Below, piece by piece: positions 1 to 10,938 of a stretch of DNA of 51,627 nt. Both the position numbers and the translations under genes were made by a program. Under the pieces are notes generated by a model. It was not told where the DNA came from. It worked only from the letters and a program-made list of their open reading frames with translations, and did no database searches. Every line of letters starts with the position of its first letter. Position 1 is the first letter of the stretch. The DNA comes from an uncultured Prochlorococcus sp. (lineage in GTDB: Bacteria > Cyanobacteriota > Cyanobacteriia > PCC-6307 > Cyanobiaceae), in contig CACAQP010000001.1 of assembly GCA_902534685.1 (NCBI GenBank), forward strand, positions 1-51,627, in the 5' to 3' direction.

Positions 1-1
1 G

Positions 2-703
2 AAAAATATAAATCCTATAGGCAACAATAGAAAATTACTAATTCTAAGAGGCGTTTTAGGAACTCTAGCTTTAGTTTGTATTTTTTATGCCATAAGAAAT
101 ATGCCACTTAGTATATCTACTGTAATTCAGTACACATATCCAATTTTTATATCTATATTTGCTGGCATATTTATAAACGAAAAAATAACTCGAAATTTGA
201 TTTTTGCTTTAATTATTGGCTGGATTGGAATATTAGTAATATTAAATCCAGTTCACCTATCAAATATAAACGTTGAAATTGAAAATATTTCTATTTTAAT
301 TGCATTTCTTGGATCAATTTGTACTGCATTGGCCTACGTAACTGTTAAGAAACTTTCATTTACTGAAGATGTTTATGTAATAATTGAATATTTTCCCCTT
401 GTTTCTTTTATAGCATTATTGCCAATTGTATTAATCAACTGGGTTACTCCAAATTGGAATGAAATATTTTGGATATTTGGCATTGGATTATTTACTCAAT
501 TAGGTCAGACATTCTTGACTATAGGATTAAAAAACTTAGCTGCATCTGAAGCGTCGACTATTAACTATTTACAAGTATTATTCGGATCAATATGGGGGGT
601 TTTATTTTTCAACGAAATTATAAATATAAATTTTTTATTGGGAGCTTCACTAGTTTTATTAGGAACTTTTATATCTACTACCAAAATAATCAAAAGGACA
701 TAG
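2..703 (+). CDS. DMT/EamA-family transporter, 5'-truncated by the window edge
   Basis: Frame is open from position 2 (KNINPIGNNRKLLILRGVLG...) into the 101..703 ORF. Multi-TM protein with EamA-like motifs (YTYPIF...EKI, GQTFLT..ASEASTINYLQV). Confidence 0.85.
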   Translation, partial: KNINPIGNNRKLLILRGVLGTLALVCIFYAIRNMPLSISTVIQYTYPIFISIFAGIFINEKITRNLIFALIIGWIGILVILNPVHLSNINVEIENISILIAFLGSICTALAYVTVKKLSFTEDVYVIIEYFPLVSFIALLPIVLINWVTPNWNEIFWIFGIGLFTQLGQTFLTIGLKNLAASEASTINYLQVLFGSIWGVLFFNEIININFLLGASLVLLGTFISTTKIIKRT

Positions 704-704
704 A

Positions 705-1085
705 ATGTTAGAAGAATTAAAAAAAAAAGTGAAATTCTTCTATTTAATTTTATTATTTTGTTTTTCTCCTATTCTTCAAGTTAATGCTACAACTCCAAAG
801 TCAGTAACTTGTACAAGAACTGAATATAGAGAAGAATATATTCCTGGAACAAAATCCAATCCAGGCTATGTAAAAACTTATGAAGTGGATGTTGAAATAC
901 CTTGTGGAGGTCAAACTCAAGCAGGAAAAATTGATGATAATGACTGTAGTGAAGGTACTTTTATTGGAGGACTTCTAGGCGCTGGCATAGCACTTTCATC
1001 CTCTAGAGGTAAGGATAGATTTTGGGCCGTACCTGCTGGTGGAACTGCAGGAGCGTTAATTGGATGTCAGGTGGATGGTGGTTAA
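705..1085 (+). CDS. Secreted/membrane protein with C-terminal glycine-zipper (2TM) domain
   Basis: N-terminal signal-like segment and C-terminal GGLLGAGIA...AGGTAGALIG glycine zipper. True start may be the GTG near 729. Confidence 0.7.
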   Translation: MLEELKKKVKFFYLILLFCFSPILQVNATTPKSVTCTRTEYREEYIPGTKSNPGYVKTYEVDVEIPCGGQTQAGKIDDNDCSEGTFIGGLLGAGIALSSSRGKDRFWAVPAGGTAGALIGCQVDGG

Positions 1086-1763
1086 TTGATTAGTTGGATA
1101 AGTGGAGAATTAGTTGAAGCATGGCAAACAAATCAAAAATTTTTTGTTTTAATAAATTGTCAAGGATTAGGATATGAGATTCAAATATTAGAATCATTTT
1201 TTCTAAAATTAAAAACAAATCAAATCTCTAATAAAAATTTAACTCTTTGGATAAAACACATTAAGAAAGAAGATTCAGATTTATTATTTGGCTTTTCATC
1301 GAAAGATCAAAAAAATTTCTTTATTGAAATTATAAATATTAGAGGTGTTGGATCTCAAATTGGTATGGGGATATTAAATAAATTTTCCATTAGTGAACTC
1401 ATCAGTGCAATAAAAACACATAATAAAAAAATAATTAGTTCTGTCCCTGGTATAGGGCAAAAAATGAGCGATAGATTAATTTTAGAATTAAAAAGTAAAT
1501 TTAAAAATGAAATACAACTTGAAAGAGAAAAAAGCAATAATGAAGTTGAGGTTAAAAATCCAGAAATAAAGAAAATGATTGAAGATCTTCAGTTAACTTT
1601 GAAGTCTTTGAACTATAGCAAAAATGATATCAAAAGAATTTTGCCAATTATTGTCAAAGAAACGAATGGTCTTAATGGAGATAAAAAAAATACCTCATTT
1701 GAAAATTTATTGAAATTAGCTATGGATTACTTAGAAAACGATAGTAGTAATTTAGTCATATAA
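1086..1763 (+). CDS. ruvA: Holliday junction branch migration protein RuvA
   Basis: MISWISG, GLGYEI, LFGF, and HhH motifs GVGSQ and VPGIGQKMSDRLILELK. Confidence 0.95.
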   Translation: MISWISGELVEAWQTNQKFFVLINCQGLGYEIQILESFFLKLKTNQISNKNLTLWIKHIKKEDSDLLFGFSSKDQKNFFIEIINIRGVGSQIGMGILNKFSISELISAIKTHNKKIISSVPGIGQKMSDRLILELKSKFKNEIQLEREKSNNEVEVKNPEIKKMIEDLQLTLKSLNYSKNDIKRILPIIVKETNGLNGDKKNTSFENLLKLAMDYLENDSSNLVI

Positions 1764-1795
1764 CATAGTAAGATAGATTTAAGGAAAAATTTTTT

Positions 1796-2065
1796 ATGTC
1801 ATTAGATACAGCTGAAAAACAGAAGCTTATTGCAACACATCAAGTTCATGAAACTGATACAGGCTCTGTAGAGATACAAGTTGCAATGCTCTCTAAAAGA
1901 ATTTCGAAATTAAGTGACCATCTCCAAGGAAACATTCATGATTTTGCTTCAAGACAAGGATTATTAAAAATGATAGGTAAAAGGAAAAGATTACTATCAT
2001 ACATAAAAAACAAAAATGTACAAAAATATCAAGATCTAGTAAAGAAAATTGGAATCAGAGGTTGA
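1796..2065 (+). CDS. rpsO: 30S ribosomal protein S15
   Basis: [12 protein letters not shown]...[20 protein letters not shown]; 89 aa. Confidence 0.98.
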   Translation: MSLDTAEKQKLIATHQVHETDTGSVEIQVAMLSKRISKLSDHLQGNIHDFASRQGLLKMIGKRKRLLSYIKNKNVQKYQDLVKKIGIRG

Positions 2066-2074
2066 TTTCAATTT

Positions 2075-2524
2075 ATGAAAAAAAAGCAATCAAAAAAAAA
2101 GATACAAAATAAAAAGAAAAAAATTTATTCACAGAAAACAGCGTTTGCTAATCTAGAAAAAACATCTAATACAGTCATCACCCCAAAGAAATCATCTAGT
2201 GGGATACCTAAATATGTTGCTGATAGAATGGCAAAAAGAATATTTTTTACAGCTGGAATACCGACAATATTAGGTATGTCGGTTTTTGTTGTTAGCTACA
2301 TAATCGTTACAAGAAATATTGCTGAAATACCTCCTTCCTCAACAATTGCAATTTCTGCGTTGTTTTTCTTATTAGGTCTAGCAGGATTAAGTTTTGGAAT
2401 ATTATCAGCTAGTTGGGATAAGGAGCCTGGGTCTTTTTTTGGTATTGAAAATATTCCTATGAATATACAACGAGCAAAAGCTGCATTTAAACCAGCAACT
2501 CAAAATTTTGAGGAAAATGGATAA
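2075..2524 (+). CDS. PAM68-family photosystem II assembly protein
   Basis: IPKYVADRMAKRI, two TM helices, GILSASWD motif; lies downstream of rpsO as is usual in cyanobacteria. Confidence 0.85.
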   Translation: MKKKQSKKKIQNKKKKIYSQKTAFANLEKTSNTVITPKKSSSGIPKYVADRMAKRIFFTAGIPTILGMSVFVVSYIIVTRNIAEIPPSSTIAISALFFLLGLAGLSFGILSASWDKEPGSFFGIENIPMNIQRAKAAFKPATQNFEENG

Positions 2525-2525
2525 T

Positions 2526-5500
2526 CTAAGAAACTAAAGACTTCAAATTAACATGGAATGATTTATCTTCTAATAATTTGCATGCTCCCTGTATATCACC
2601 GATACAAAATTGTTCCCCAAACTTAACATAGGTAATACTGTTTTTATTTCTTACTGCAGCTAAAACTGGAATCTTGATTCCACATCTACCTTTGTCGGGT
2701 TTAAATTTAACTAAACAATCTCTCAATGTATTTTGTACTCTTACATCCGATGCTTGGGAACTTTCAAGATTAATAATAAGCAATTTAAGGTTATCAATTT
2801 CTCTGCAGTCATCAATTATTAATTGAGTCTTATCACTTTTTTTATCTATTGTTCCCCACAACAATAATCTAGTGTCAGTCAAAAGAAATTCTGATAATTT
2901 GATATAGGTCTTTGGAAAAACAATTGCTTCACAATTTCCAGAAAGATCTTCAAGCTGAACTATGGCCATCCTGTCCCCTTTTCTTGTGGTGATTTGCTTC
3001 AATTCAGGGATCATCCCAACCAAAGACACTTTGGTTCTATCCTTTGTTTCATCTAACTGGGAAATACTAATTGGAGATACAAGTTTTGCTGGCTTAGTTA
3101 AATGTTTTAGCGGATGATCAGATAAGTAAAACCCTAAAAGCTGTTTTTCTAACTTTAATTTCTCAATAAGTGAATAATCATCAACCTTAACTAATTGAGC
3201 ATCTGAAAAAGCTATGTTTGAAAACTCTTCTTTAGAATCAAATAGATTACCTTGTCCAGTCAATCTATCTCTATTTCGTGCAGAAGCCCATTCAATGACG
3301 TTATCAAGATCTGACAATAATTGAGCTCTGTTATTATTATTTGAAAACTCATCAAGTGCTCCACAATGTATTAGAGATTCAAGAGTTCTTTTATTGAGAA
3401 CATTAGAAGGTAAACGATCGCACAGATTTGATAATGATTTAAAACTTCCAAAGTTATTACGATTTTCAATTATATTCCTTATTGCAGAATCTCCTAGATT
3501 TTTAATTGCAGATAGACCAAATAAAATCTGATTATTCTTAATAGTGAAATCAATTCCTGAGAAATTGATGCTTGGTGAAATAACTTCTATACCCATCGAA
3601 TAACAATTAGAAATATATCTTTGCATTTTGTCTGTAGAGCCGGAATTTACGCTTAAAAGAGCTGCCATATATGCAACAGGGAAATGAGCTTTTAAAAATG
3701 CAGTTTGATAAGTTACTGCACCATAAGCAGTCGAATGACTTTTATTAAAACAATATTCTGCGAATAAAACCATTTGATCAAAAAGGTCATTAGCTAATTT
3801 TTTATTTACCCCCTTCTTCATCGAGCCATCTACAAAAATATTCCTATGTTTTACCATCTCTGATACTTTCTTCTTCCCCATAGCTCTTCGAAGTAAATCA
3901 GCATCACCCAATGAATAACCGGCTAGATCTTGAGCAATTTTCATAATTTGTTCTTGGTAAACCATGATTCCATAGGTTTCGGTAAGAATAGACTTAATGA
4001 AGGGATGAGGGAAATCAACCTTTTCATTGCCATTCTTTCGATTTATGAATTTAGGGATTAGTCCAGCATCAAGAGGTCCAGGCCTATAAAGGGCAAGGAT
4101 AGATGAAATATCCTCAAGAGAACTAGGTTTAAAGTCCTTTACAACCTGTTTCATACCAGAAGATTCAAGTTGAAATATACCTTCAAGATCTCCTCTCCCA
4201 ATAAGTTCAAAAGTTTTTCCATCATTTTGAGGCAAATTATCAATATTTATTGTCTGACCAGTGGATTGATTAATCAGAGAAACAGTCTTTTCAATCATCG
4301 TAAGATTCTTAAGACCCAAGAAATCCATTTTCAATAATCCAAGTGACTCAATATCATCCATAGAATATTGGGTTATTATTTGTCCTTCATTATTTTTTTG
4401 AAGAGGCACAAGTTCATCTAGAGGATCTGAGGCAATAACAACACCTGCAGCGTGAACTCCATATGTTTTATTGGTTCCTTCAATTCTTAGAGCCAAATCG
4501 ATCCATTTTTTTACCTTATTATCATTTAGATATTTATCTCTAAACTCTGAGCTAGGAGAATTTTTATCAATCATTTCACTAAGTTTAAATGGTTTCCCTC
4601 TTACAACCGGTATTAATTTTGCCAATTTATCTGCCTCTCCATAAGGAATATCTAAAACCCTTGCAACATCTTTCAAAACCGCCTTAGAAGTCATTTTGTT
4701 GAAAGTAATTATTTGAGCAACTTTATCCTCTCCATATCTATTAGTTACATAATCAATAACTTCATTTCTCCTATCAATACAAAAGTCGGTATCAATATCT
4801 GGCATAGACTTTCTAGCAGGATTTAAAAATCTCTCAAAGAGCAATCCATGCTCTACAGGATCTATATTTGTGATTTTAAGAGCATAGGCTACTAGTGATC
4901 CTGCTGCGGAGCCTCTACCTGGGCCTACTGGGATAGAGTTATCCCTAGCAAATTTGATATAGTCCCAAACTACCAAAAAATAATCTGGGAATCCCATATC
5001 TTTTATGATTTTCAACTCAGAAGATAGTCTTTTTTTATAATTCTCATCAACTTCTTTTAGATCGTTTTTTTTGAGTCTTTTTAAAAGACCTTCATTAGAT
5101 AATTTTGTTAGTAAAGAAAATGAATCTGTGTCTCCATTCAGAGGAAATTTAGGCATTCTATATTTACCAAACAAATCAAATACTTCAATCTTTTTTGAAA
5201 TCTCTACTGTATTGTTTACTGATTCTTTAATTGATTCTTCATCAATATGATCCTTAAAAAGTTCAAGCATTTCATTTTCACTTTTAATGTATTCAGTACC
5301 GGTATATCTCAATCTTTTTTCATCGCTTATTAGTTTTCCGGTCAATACACAGAGCAAAGCATCGTGTGCTTCAACATCTTTATTTGATATATAGTGCGCG
5401 TCGTTGGTAGCAATAACTTTTATTTGATGCTTCTTACCAATTTTTATTAATTCAACATTAACAATTCTGTCCTCAATAGATCCATGATCTTGTATTTCTA

Positions 5501-6023
5501 GATAAAAATCATCTGCAAATAATTTTTTATACCAAAGAGCTATATCCTCCGCCACATCTAATCTTCCTTTTAAGATTGCTTGAGGTATCTCTCCACCAAG
5601 ACAAGCTGTAGAGACAATAAGTCCATCTTTATATTTATTTAAAAGAAATTTATCAATACACGGTCTAGCAAAAATACCTCGTCCTCTCATTCCATTTAAG
5701 TGACTAATTGTCGTTAACTTGACAAGATTTTTATAACCTATATGATTTTTTGCTAACACTACCAGATGATATCTTTTTTCTTTTTTTGGTTGAGGATCAT
5801 CAATTGAACCATTAACCACATACATTTCATTACCAATAATTGGTTTAAGACCTTTCTCTTTACACTTCTTGACTAAATCAAGAACTCCATACATAACTCC
5901 ATGATCAGTCAGAGCAATCGATTCCATCCCAAGATGACAAGCTCTATCAACAATTTTAGAGATTTGACTTGCTCCATCAAGCAAACTGTAATCACTGTGA
6001 TTATGAAGAGAAACGAAACCCAT
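2526..6023 (-). CDS. dnaE: DNA polymerase III alpha subunit (uninterrupted, no intein)
   Basis: PHP motif HNHSDYSLLDG, GRGSAAGS, MPDIDTDF, AEYCFNKSH, OB fold; 1165 aa. Confidence 0.98.
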   Translation of the reverse strand: MGFVSLHNHSDYSLLDGASQISKIVDRACHLGMESIALTDHGVMYGVLDLVKKCKEKGLKPIIGNEMYVVNGSIDDPQPKKEKRYHLVVLAKNHIGYKNLVKLTTISHLNGMRGRGIFARPCIDKFLLNKYKDGLIVSTACLGGEIPQAILKGRLDVAEDIALWYKKLFADDFYLEIQDHGSIEDRIVNVELIKIGKKHQIKVIATNDAHYISNKDVEAHDALLCVLTGKLISDEKRLRYTGTEYIKSENEMLELFKDHIDEESIKESVNNTVEISKKIEVFDLFGKYRMPKFPLNGDTDSFSLLTKLSNEGLLKRLKKNDLKEVDENYKKRLSSELKIIKDMGFPDYFLVVWDYIKFARDNSIPVGPGRGSAAGSLVAYALKITNIDPVEHGLLFERFLNPARKSMPDIDTDFCIDRRNEVIDYVTNRYGEDKVAQIITFNKMTSKAVLKDVARVLDIPYGEADKLAKLIPVVRGKPFKLSEMIDKNSPSSEFRDKYLNDNKVKKWIDLALRIEGTNKTYGVHAAGVVIASDPLDELVPLQKNNEGQIITQYSMDDIESLGLLKMDFLGLKNLTMIEKTVSLINQSTGQTINIDNLPQNDGKTFELIGRGDLEGIFQLESSGMKQVVKDFKPSSLEDISSILALYRPGPLDAGLIPKFINRKNGNEKVDFPHPFIKSILTETYGIMVYQEQIMKIAQDLAGYSLGDADLLRRAMGKKKVSEMVKHRNIFVDGSMKKGVNKKLANDLFDQMVLFAEYCFNKSHSTAYGAVTYQTAFLKAHFPVAYMAALLSVNSGSTDKMQRYISNCYSMGIEVISPSINFSGIDFTIKNNQILFGLSAIKNLGDSAIRNIIENRNNFGSFKSLSNLCDRLPSNVLNKRTLESLIHCGALDEFSNNNNRAQLLSDLDNVIEWASARNRDRLTGQGNLFDSKEEFSNIAFSDAQLVKVDDYSLIEKLKLEKQLLGFYLSDHPLKHLTKPAKLVSPISISQLDETKDRTKVSLVGMIPELKQITTRKGDRMAIVQLEDLSGNCEAIVFPKTYIKLSEFLLTDTRLLLWGTIDKKSDKTQLIIDDCREIDNLKLLIINLESSQASDVRVQNTLRDCLVKFKPDKGRCGIKIPVLAAVRNKNSITYVKFGEQFCIGDIQGACKLLEDKSFHVNLKSLVS

Positions 6024-6106
6024 TATTAATATAAATATATTTACAAGATAGAGAAAATTTCGAAAAGATCTACACTTTTTAATTACAAATTAACTATTAA
6101 TAAAAT

Positions 6107-7555
6107 TTAAAATAAAGGTCTATTCTTAATTACCTGAGCGTCAATTTCGAAAATGTTAGCGGCATTTAATATTCTATTCTCTTCCAATACATTACCTATT
6201 AGTTGAAGACCTATAGGTAATCCTTTACTATCAAAACCACATGGAATACTTATGGCAGGAAGACCAGCCAAGTTAGCAGGAACGGTTAAGAGATCTGACA
6301 AATACATGGAAAGTGGATCATTGACAAAATCCCCCTTCAAAAAAGCAGTTGTTGGACAAGTCGGAGTTAATAAAATATCTACTTTCTTAAAAGCATTATC
6401 AAAATCATTTCTAATCAAAGTTCTGACTTTTTGTGCTTTCTTATAATAAGCATCACTGTATCCAGCTGACAAAGCATAAGTCCCTATTAGAATTCTTCTT
6501 TGGACTTCATCTCCAAATCCTTCAGCTCTGCTTTTTGAAGTCATATCTAAAAGATTTGAACCTTCCTCTGATCTGAAACCATATTTAACCCCATCGTATC
6601 TAGCTAAATTTGCAGAAGCTTCAGATGGTGCAATTACATAATATGTTGCAATTCCATCGTTAAACCTGGGACATTCAACTTCAAAAATTTCGGCTCCTAA
6701 ATTTCTAAATCTCTCAACTCCAGAAAATACAGATTCTTTAACTTCTTGATTAAGACCTGGATGATCGAAACATTCTTTAATGATTCCGATTTTTAAATCT
6801 TTTATAGATTTATTTAAATCACTCAAATAATTTGGCACATTTACATCTAAAGATGTTGAATCTAAGTGATCTTTACCAGATATCGAATAAAGGATTTCAG
6901 CTGCATCTGAGACAGTATTTGTTATTGGGCCAATTTGATCAAGAGAGCTGGCAAATGCTATAAGCCCCCATCTACTTACTCTCCCGTAAGTAGGCTTAAG
7001 TCCTACAACTCCGCAAAAAGATGCAGGTTGTCTTATTGATCCTCCAGTATCAGATCCTATAGCAGCAGCACAAAAACCAGCGGCTACTGAAGCTGCACTA
7101 CCCCCAGAACTTCCTCCTGGAACTCTTTTGATATCCCAAGGATTTGAAGTGACACCAAATACAGATGTTTCTGTTGAACTACCCATTGCAAATTCATCTA
7201 AATTTGTCTTGCCTATACAAACTCCTCCTGAAGACCATAATTTACTAGAAGCTGTGGATTCGTAAGGAGCAATAAAACTTTTGAGCATTTTACTTGCACA
7301 AGTGGTTGTAACACCTTTAGTGCAAATATTATCCTTAATTGCTATTGGAATTCCCGCTAGAGGAGGAAGATTATCTTCATTTTCAATTAACCTATCTATT
7401 TTTACAGCTTGTTTAATCGCATATTCTTTTGTAGTACAAATATAAGAATTAATTTTTGGATCTTTGGAATCAATTTTATTAAATATATCATTTACTAATT
7501 CTTTAACAGAAGCATTTTTACTATTAATTTCCTTTCTAAAAGAATTAAAATTCAT
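6107..7555 (-). CDS. gatA: Asp/Glu-tRNA amidotransferase subunit A
   Basis: Amidase signature GGSSGGSAA...[12 protein letters not shown]; [11 protein letters not shown]; [14 protein letters not shown]. Confidence 0.97.
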   Translation of the reverse strand: MNFNSFRKEINSKNASVKELVNDIFNKIDSKDPKINSYICTTKEYAIKQAVKIDRLIENEDNLPPLAGIPIAIKDNICTKGVTTTCASKMLKSFIAPYESTASSKLWSSGGVCIGKTNLDEFAMGSSTETSVFGVTSNPWDIKRVPGGSSGGSAASVAAGFCAAAIGSDTGGSIRQPASFCGVVGLKPTYGRVSRWGLIAFASSLDQIGPITNTVSDAAEILYSISGKDHLDSTSLDVNVPNYLSDLNKSIKDLKIGIIKECFDHPGLNQEVKESVFSGVERFRNLGAEIFEVECPRFNDGIATYYVIAPSEASANLARYDGVKYGFRSEEGSNLLDMTSKSRAEGFGDEVQRRILIGTYALSAGYSDAYYKKAQKVRTLIRNDFDNAFKKVDILLTPTCPTTAFLKGDFVNDPLSMYLSDLLTVPANLAGLPAISIPCGFDSKGLPIGLQLIGNVLEENRILNAANIFEIDAQVIKNRPLF

Positions 7556-7586
7556 TTCTTAACTTATTTTTTTTAATTAAAACTTA

Positions 7587-7802
7587 TTAAACAGTTAATG
7601 GTTCTTCTTTTTTACAGCGAACTAAAGTATGTTTAATGTTTGTTGAACCTTCTTCAGTAAGGTCCCTAATAAAAGAAGTCATATTTTCTTTTAAACTACG
7701 TTTTGTAATAAATGGACCATACCAGTATGTAATTGTGGGTTGATCTGTATCAATTTTAGCCCACCAAGCTAAACCTAGTTTGTTTCCAAAGTTTCTAATC
7801 AA
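7587..7802 (-). CDS. DUF1816-family conserved cyanobacterial protein
   Basis: AWWAKI.T.QP..TYWYGPF...DL.EEG pattern. Confidence 0.75.
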   Translation of the reverse strand: MIRNFGNKLGLAWWAKIDTDQPTITYWYGPFITKRSLKENMTSFIRDLTEEGSTNIKHTLVRCKKEEPLTV

Positions 7803-7947
7803 GTTTATAGGTCTTTAAGACAATCAATTCTTGTTAAATTCTATACAATTTTGTAGTAAAAATTCAATAAATTTTCATTAAATATATAAATATATTGAAA
7901 CTACGATATTCCAGAGATCATCAAATAAATTTCCTTAGCAAACTATT

Positions 7948-8958
7948 CTATTTATTCGACAAGTAAAAAAGTGATATTGCAGCTGCTACTGAGGCATTTA
8001 AACTTGATGTCTTACCTTTAAGAGGGATCCTTAATAGAAAATCACATTTTTTTTGGGTTAGCACTGAGATACCCTTGTTTTCAGAACCTACTATTACTAC
8101 CAATGGAGTTTTTTCATTAAACTCTGAAATCGATAATTGACAATCTCCTGATAATCCAATCACAAGAAAACCATTTCTCTTTAACTCTTCTAGTGCTCTA
8201 TTTAAATTAATAACTCTGCTAACGGCTAAGTGTTCTAATGCGCCAGCAGCAACCTTAGCGACTGTTCCGGTTAACCCAGCTGATCTTCTTTGAGGAATAA
8301 TAATACCTTTACAATCAAATGCTTCAGCAGATCTTATTATTGCTCCAATATTATGTGGATCAGTTATTCCATCTAAGGCCAGAATAATAGGATTAGCAGA
8401 ACTTTTTTTAGAAAAATCAATTAAATTTTCTAGGGAAATGGTTTTAGAAGATGCCAACTGCAACGCAATACCTTGATGTGATGCACCAGAAGTTAATTGC
8501 GAAAGTCTATTCCAAGAAACTTCTTCTATGAGGACTCCTTTTAATTTAAGGTCCTTAAGTAAAATATAAAATTTTTCAGAAGAAAATATTTCTGATGTAC
8601 ACCAAATTCTATTAATTGCACTATCACTGACAAGGGTTTCAAAAACCGAATGTTTTCCCCATATCCAATCATCAAAATTTCTTTTGATTTTACGTTCTAG
8701 ATAAATTTCTGATGACTTATCAGTAATTCCTGCATCAGATTTGGTTATTTGATTCTTAGCTTTTATTGATGAAAAGTTACTTTTTCTTCTATCACTTCCA
8801 TTTAAATTATTAACAGATTTATTTCTCGAGGCATTTGATGAAAATCTATTATTTTTTTTTGAAGAATTGGAGTTTTTGGAGAAAAAACTAGAATCAGATT
8901 TTTTATTGAATTGTTTACTATTTTTTCCAGAGTAATTATTATTAGATGATTTTTTCAT
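7948..8958 (-). CDS. rlmB: 23S rRNA (guanosine-2'-O)-methyltransferase RlmB
   Basis: SPOUT motifs DGITDPHNIGAIIRSA, VGSENKG, SLNASVAAAI; low-complexity N-terminal extension. Confidence 0.92.
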   Translation of the reverse strand: MKKSSNNNYSGKNSKQFNKKSDSSFFSKNSNSSKKNNRFSSNASRNKSVNNLNGSDRRKSNFSSIKAKNQITKSDAGITDKSSEIYLERKIKRNFDDWIWGKHSVFETLVSDSAINRIWCTSEIFSSEKFYILLKDLKLKGVLIEEVSWNRLSQLTSGASHQGIALQLASSKTISLENLIDFSKKSSANPIILALDGITDPHNIGAIIRSAEAFDCKGIIIPQRRSAGLTGTVAKVAAGALEHLAVSRVINLNRALEELKRNGFLVIGLSGDCQLSISEFNEKTPLVVIVGSENKGISVLTQKKCDFLLRIPLKGKTSSLNASVAAAISLFYLSNK

Positions 8959-9362
8959 AGTTTCGATCCATCTTCTTTTTCAAGGTATTCAAAAATAGTT
9001 GAAAGTCTTTGAGGATCTTTTAGAAATAACCAACCAACCAAAGTTTCAAATCCTGTTGCTCTTGAGTAGATTAAGGGGTCTGAAGACTTAGGATTTCTTT
9101 TTGTTTTATTTCTTGCACGTCTAATTAAATTCATTTCATTTGTATTTAGTAAATGTTCAATTTGACTTAATGATTTTGATTGAGATTTTGCTTTTACTTC
9201 ATTTACTACGGATAAATGAAGCTCTTTTGATTTCAAAGGGAAATGAACATGTCTTAATCTTTGATGAAGTTCCCAAACAGAATCCCCAAGCCAAGCAAGT
9301 TGAATAACACCTATTTCATCAGGCGAACCATATGGAACCAAGTTTTGTATCCAATAATTCAA
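8955..9362 (-). CDS. mrnC: Mini-ribonuclease III
   Basis: LAWLGDSVWEL, RRARN, YSRATGFETLVGWL; overlaps the rlmB start by 4 nt. Confidence 0.88.
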   Translation of the reverse strand: MNYWIQNLVPYGSPDEIGVIQLAWLGDSVWELHQRLRHVHFPLKSKELHLSVVNEVKAKSQSKSLSQIEHLLNTNEMNLIRRARNKTKRNPKSSDPLIYSRATGFETLVGWLFLKDPQRLSTIFEYLEKEDGSKL

Positions 9363-9727
9363 TTATTTAGAAAAATTAATGCATCTTCAAGACTCGACTT
9401 TAAATTAAGAAAATCACCTAACCTTACAAGTTTAATTGTTTGAGCGACTCTCGAGTTACCAACAATTGAAAAGCCTAACTTAAACTTCTTAAATTCTTTA
9501 GCAGTCTGAACAAGGGCCCCAAGTCCCGAAGAATCCAAAAAGTCAATTTTTGTAAGATCAATAATGCATGGGAGCTCTTTTTTAAAATTATTGGTAATGA
9601 AAGTCTTAAATTGTTTTTCTGAAAAGGCATCAAGTTGGCCTTTAAAAGTAAAAACAATAATATTTGTTTTTACATCGATGTTTCCTCTTAAAGAAACAGT
9701 TAGCTTCTGGAAATCTTCTATGATCAA
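9359..9727 (-). CDS. STAS-domain anti-anti-sigma factor
   Basis: GQLDAFS, DLTKIDFLDSSGLGAL. Start placed at TTG 9727 because GGAGG lies just upstream; the ORF track extends to 9766. Confidence 0.85.
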   Translation of the reverse strand: MIIEDFQKLTVSLRGNIDVKTNIIVFTFKGQLDAFSEKQFKTFITNNFKKELPCIIDLTKIDFLDSSGLGALVQTAKEFKKFKLGFSIVGNSRVAQTIKLVRLGDFLNLKSSLEDALIFLNN

Positions 9728-9785
9728 TTCCCTCCAAAAAATTAATGTACCAAATGTAATTATCAAATCAAAAGAAAACCAGATG

Positions 9786-10928
9786 TCAACATCTTTCTAA
9801 CATTAGAGAAACAAATTTTTTAAATAAATAATCTGAATCATGTGGACCAGGTCCTGCTTCTGGATGATATTGAACACTAAATACTGGTTTATTAATTACT
9901 TCCAAGCCTGCAACAGTATTATCGTTAAGGTTGTAGTGAGTTATTTTTACTAATTCTTTTGAAAGAGAATTAGGGTCAATAGCGAAACCATGATTCTGAC
10001 TAGTTATCTCAATTTGATTATCTTTTCCACAAGGATGATTTAGACCACGATGTCCAAAAGGGAGTTTATAAGTTGAACCTCCTAGCGCTAATCCAAAAAT
10101 TTGATGGCCAAGGCAAATCCCGAACATAGGAATTTCACCATATTCAATAAGTGATTTAGCTAAATCTATACCTTCATTAACAGAAGATGGGTCGCCTGGA
10201 CCGTTTGAAAAAAAAATGCCATCAGGCTTATTAGAAAGAACATCTTGCAAAGAAGATTGAGAAGGTAAGACTAAGATTTCACAACCATGGGAAACAAGTC
10301 TATTTAATATTGATTTTTTAATTCCAAAATCAATCGCTACAATTTTGAATCTATTAGGCTTTCCTGAAAACCTTGCTCTAATATCAAAATCAGTTTTGGT
10401 AGGATCTTGCCAAAAATATTGTTTCTTTGTGGAAACTACCTTTGATAAATTCAAACCTTTCATATTAGGTGTATCATTTATTAACTTTAAACAGCTTTCT
10501 AAATTTTTATCTTCAGATGTGAGGACTCCATTCATAGAACCATTTGATCTTAAGATTTTAACGAGAGCTCTAGTATCTATTCCATAAATGCCTACTATAT
10601 TTTTCTCAATCAACCATTGATTAAAATTCTTATGAGATCTCCAATTACTTTCATTAGATGAATAATTTCTAACAATAATTCCTTTAACTGCAATACTAGA
10701 TTCGGAATCCTCGAGATTAATACCAGTATTTCCAATTTCTGGATATGTGAATGTTAAAATTTGCCCATAGTAACTAGGATCTGTAATAACTTCCTGATAT
10801 CCAGTCATTCCTGTATTAAAAACTATTTCACCAAGAGCATTACCTTTAGCTCCAAAAGAAAAACCAGGGAAAACGATTCCATTACTTAAAACTAGTTTTG
10901 CATTTTTCTTGTAGAGATTTTTCATCAT
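9786..10928 (-). CDS. carA: Carbamoyl-phosphate synthase small subunit
   Basis: GEIVFNTGMTGYQE, SNGPGDP, GICLGHQ, VQYHPEAGPGPHD. Confidence 0.98.
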   Translation of the reverse strand: MMKNLYKKNAKLVLSNGIVFPGFSFGAKGNALGEIVFNTGMTGYQEVITDPSYYGQILTFTYPEIGNTGINLEDSESSIAVKGIIVRNYSSNESNWRSHKNFNQWLIEKNIVGIYGIDTRALVKILRSNGSMNGVLTSEDKNLESCLKLINDTPNMKGLNLSKVVSTKKQYFWQDPTKTDFDIRARFSGKPNRFKIVAIDFGIKKSILNRLVSHGCEILVLPSQSSLQDVLSNKPDGIFFSNGPGDPSSVNEGIDLAKSLIEYGEIPMFGICLGHQIFGLALGGSTYKLPFGHRGLNHPCGKDNQIEITSQNHGFAIDPNSLSKELVKITHYNLNDNTVAGLEVINKPVFSVQYHPEAGPGPHDSDYLFKKFVSLMLERC

Positions 10929-10938
10929 TTTAAATAAA

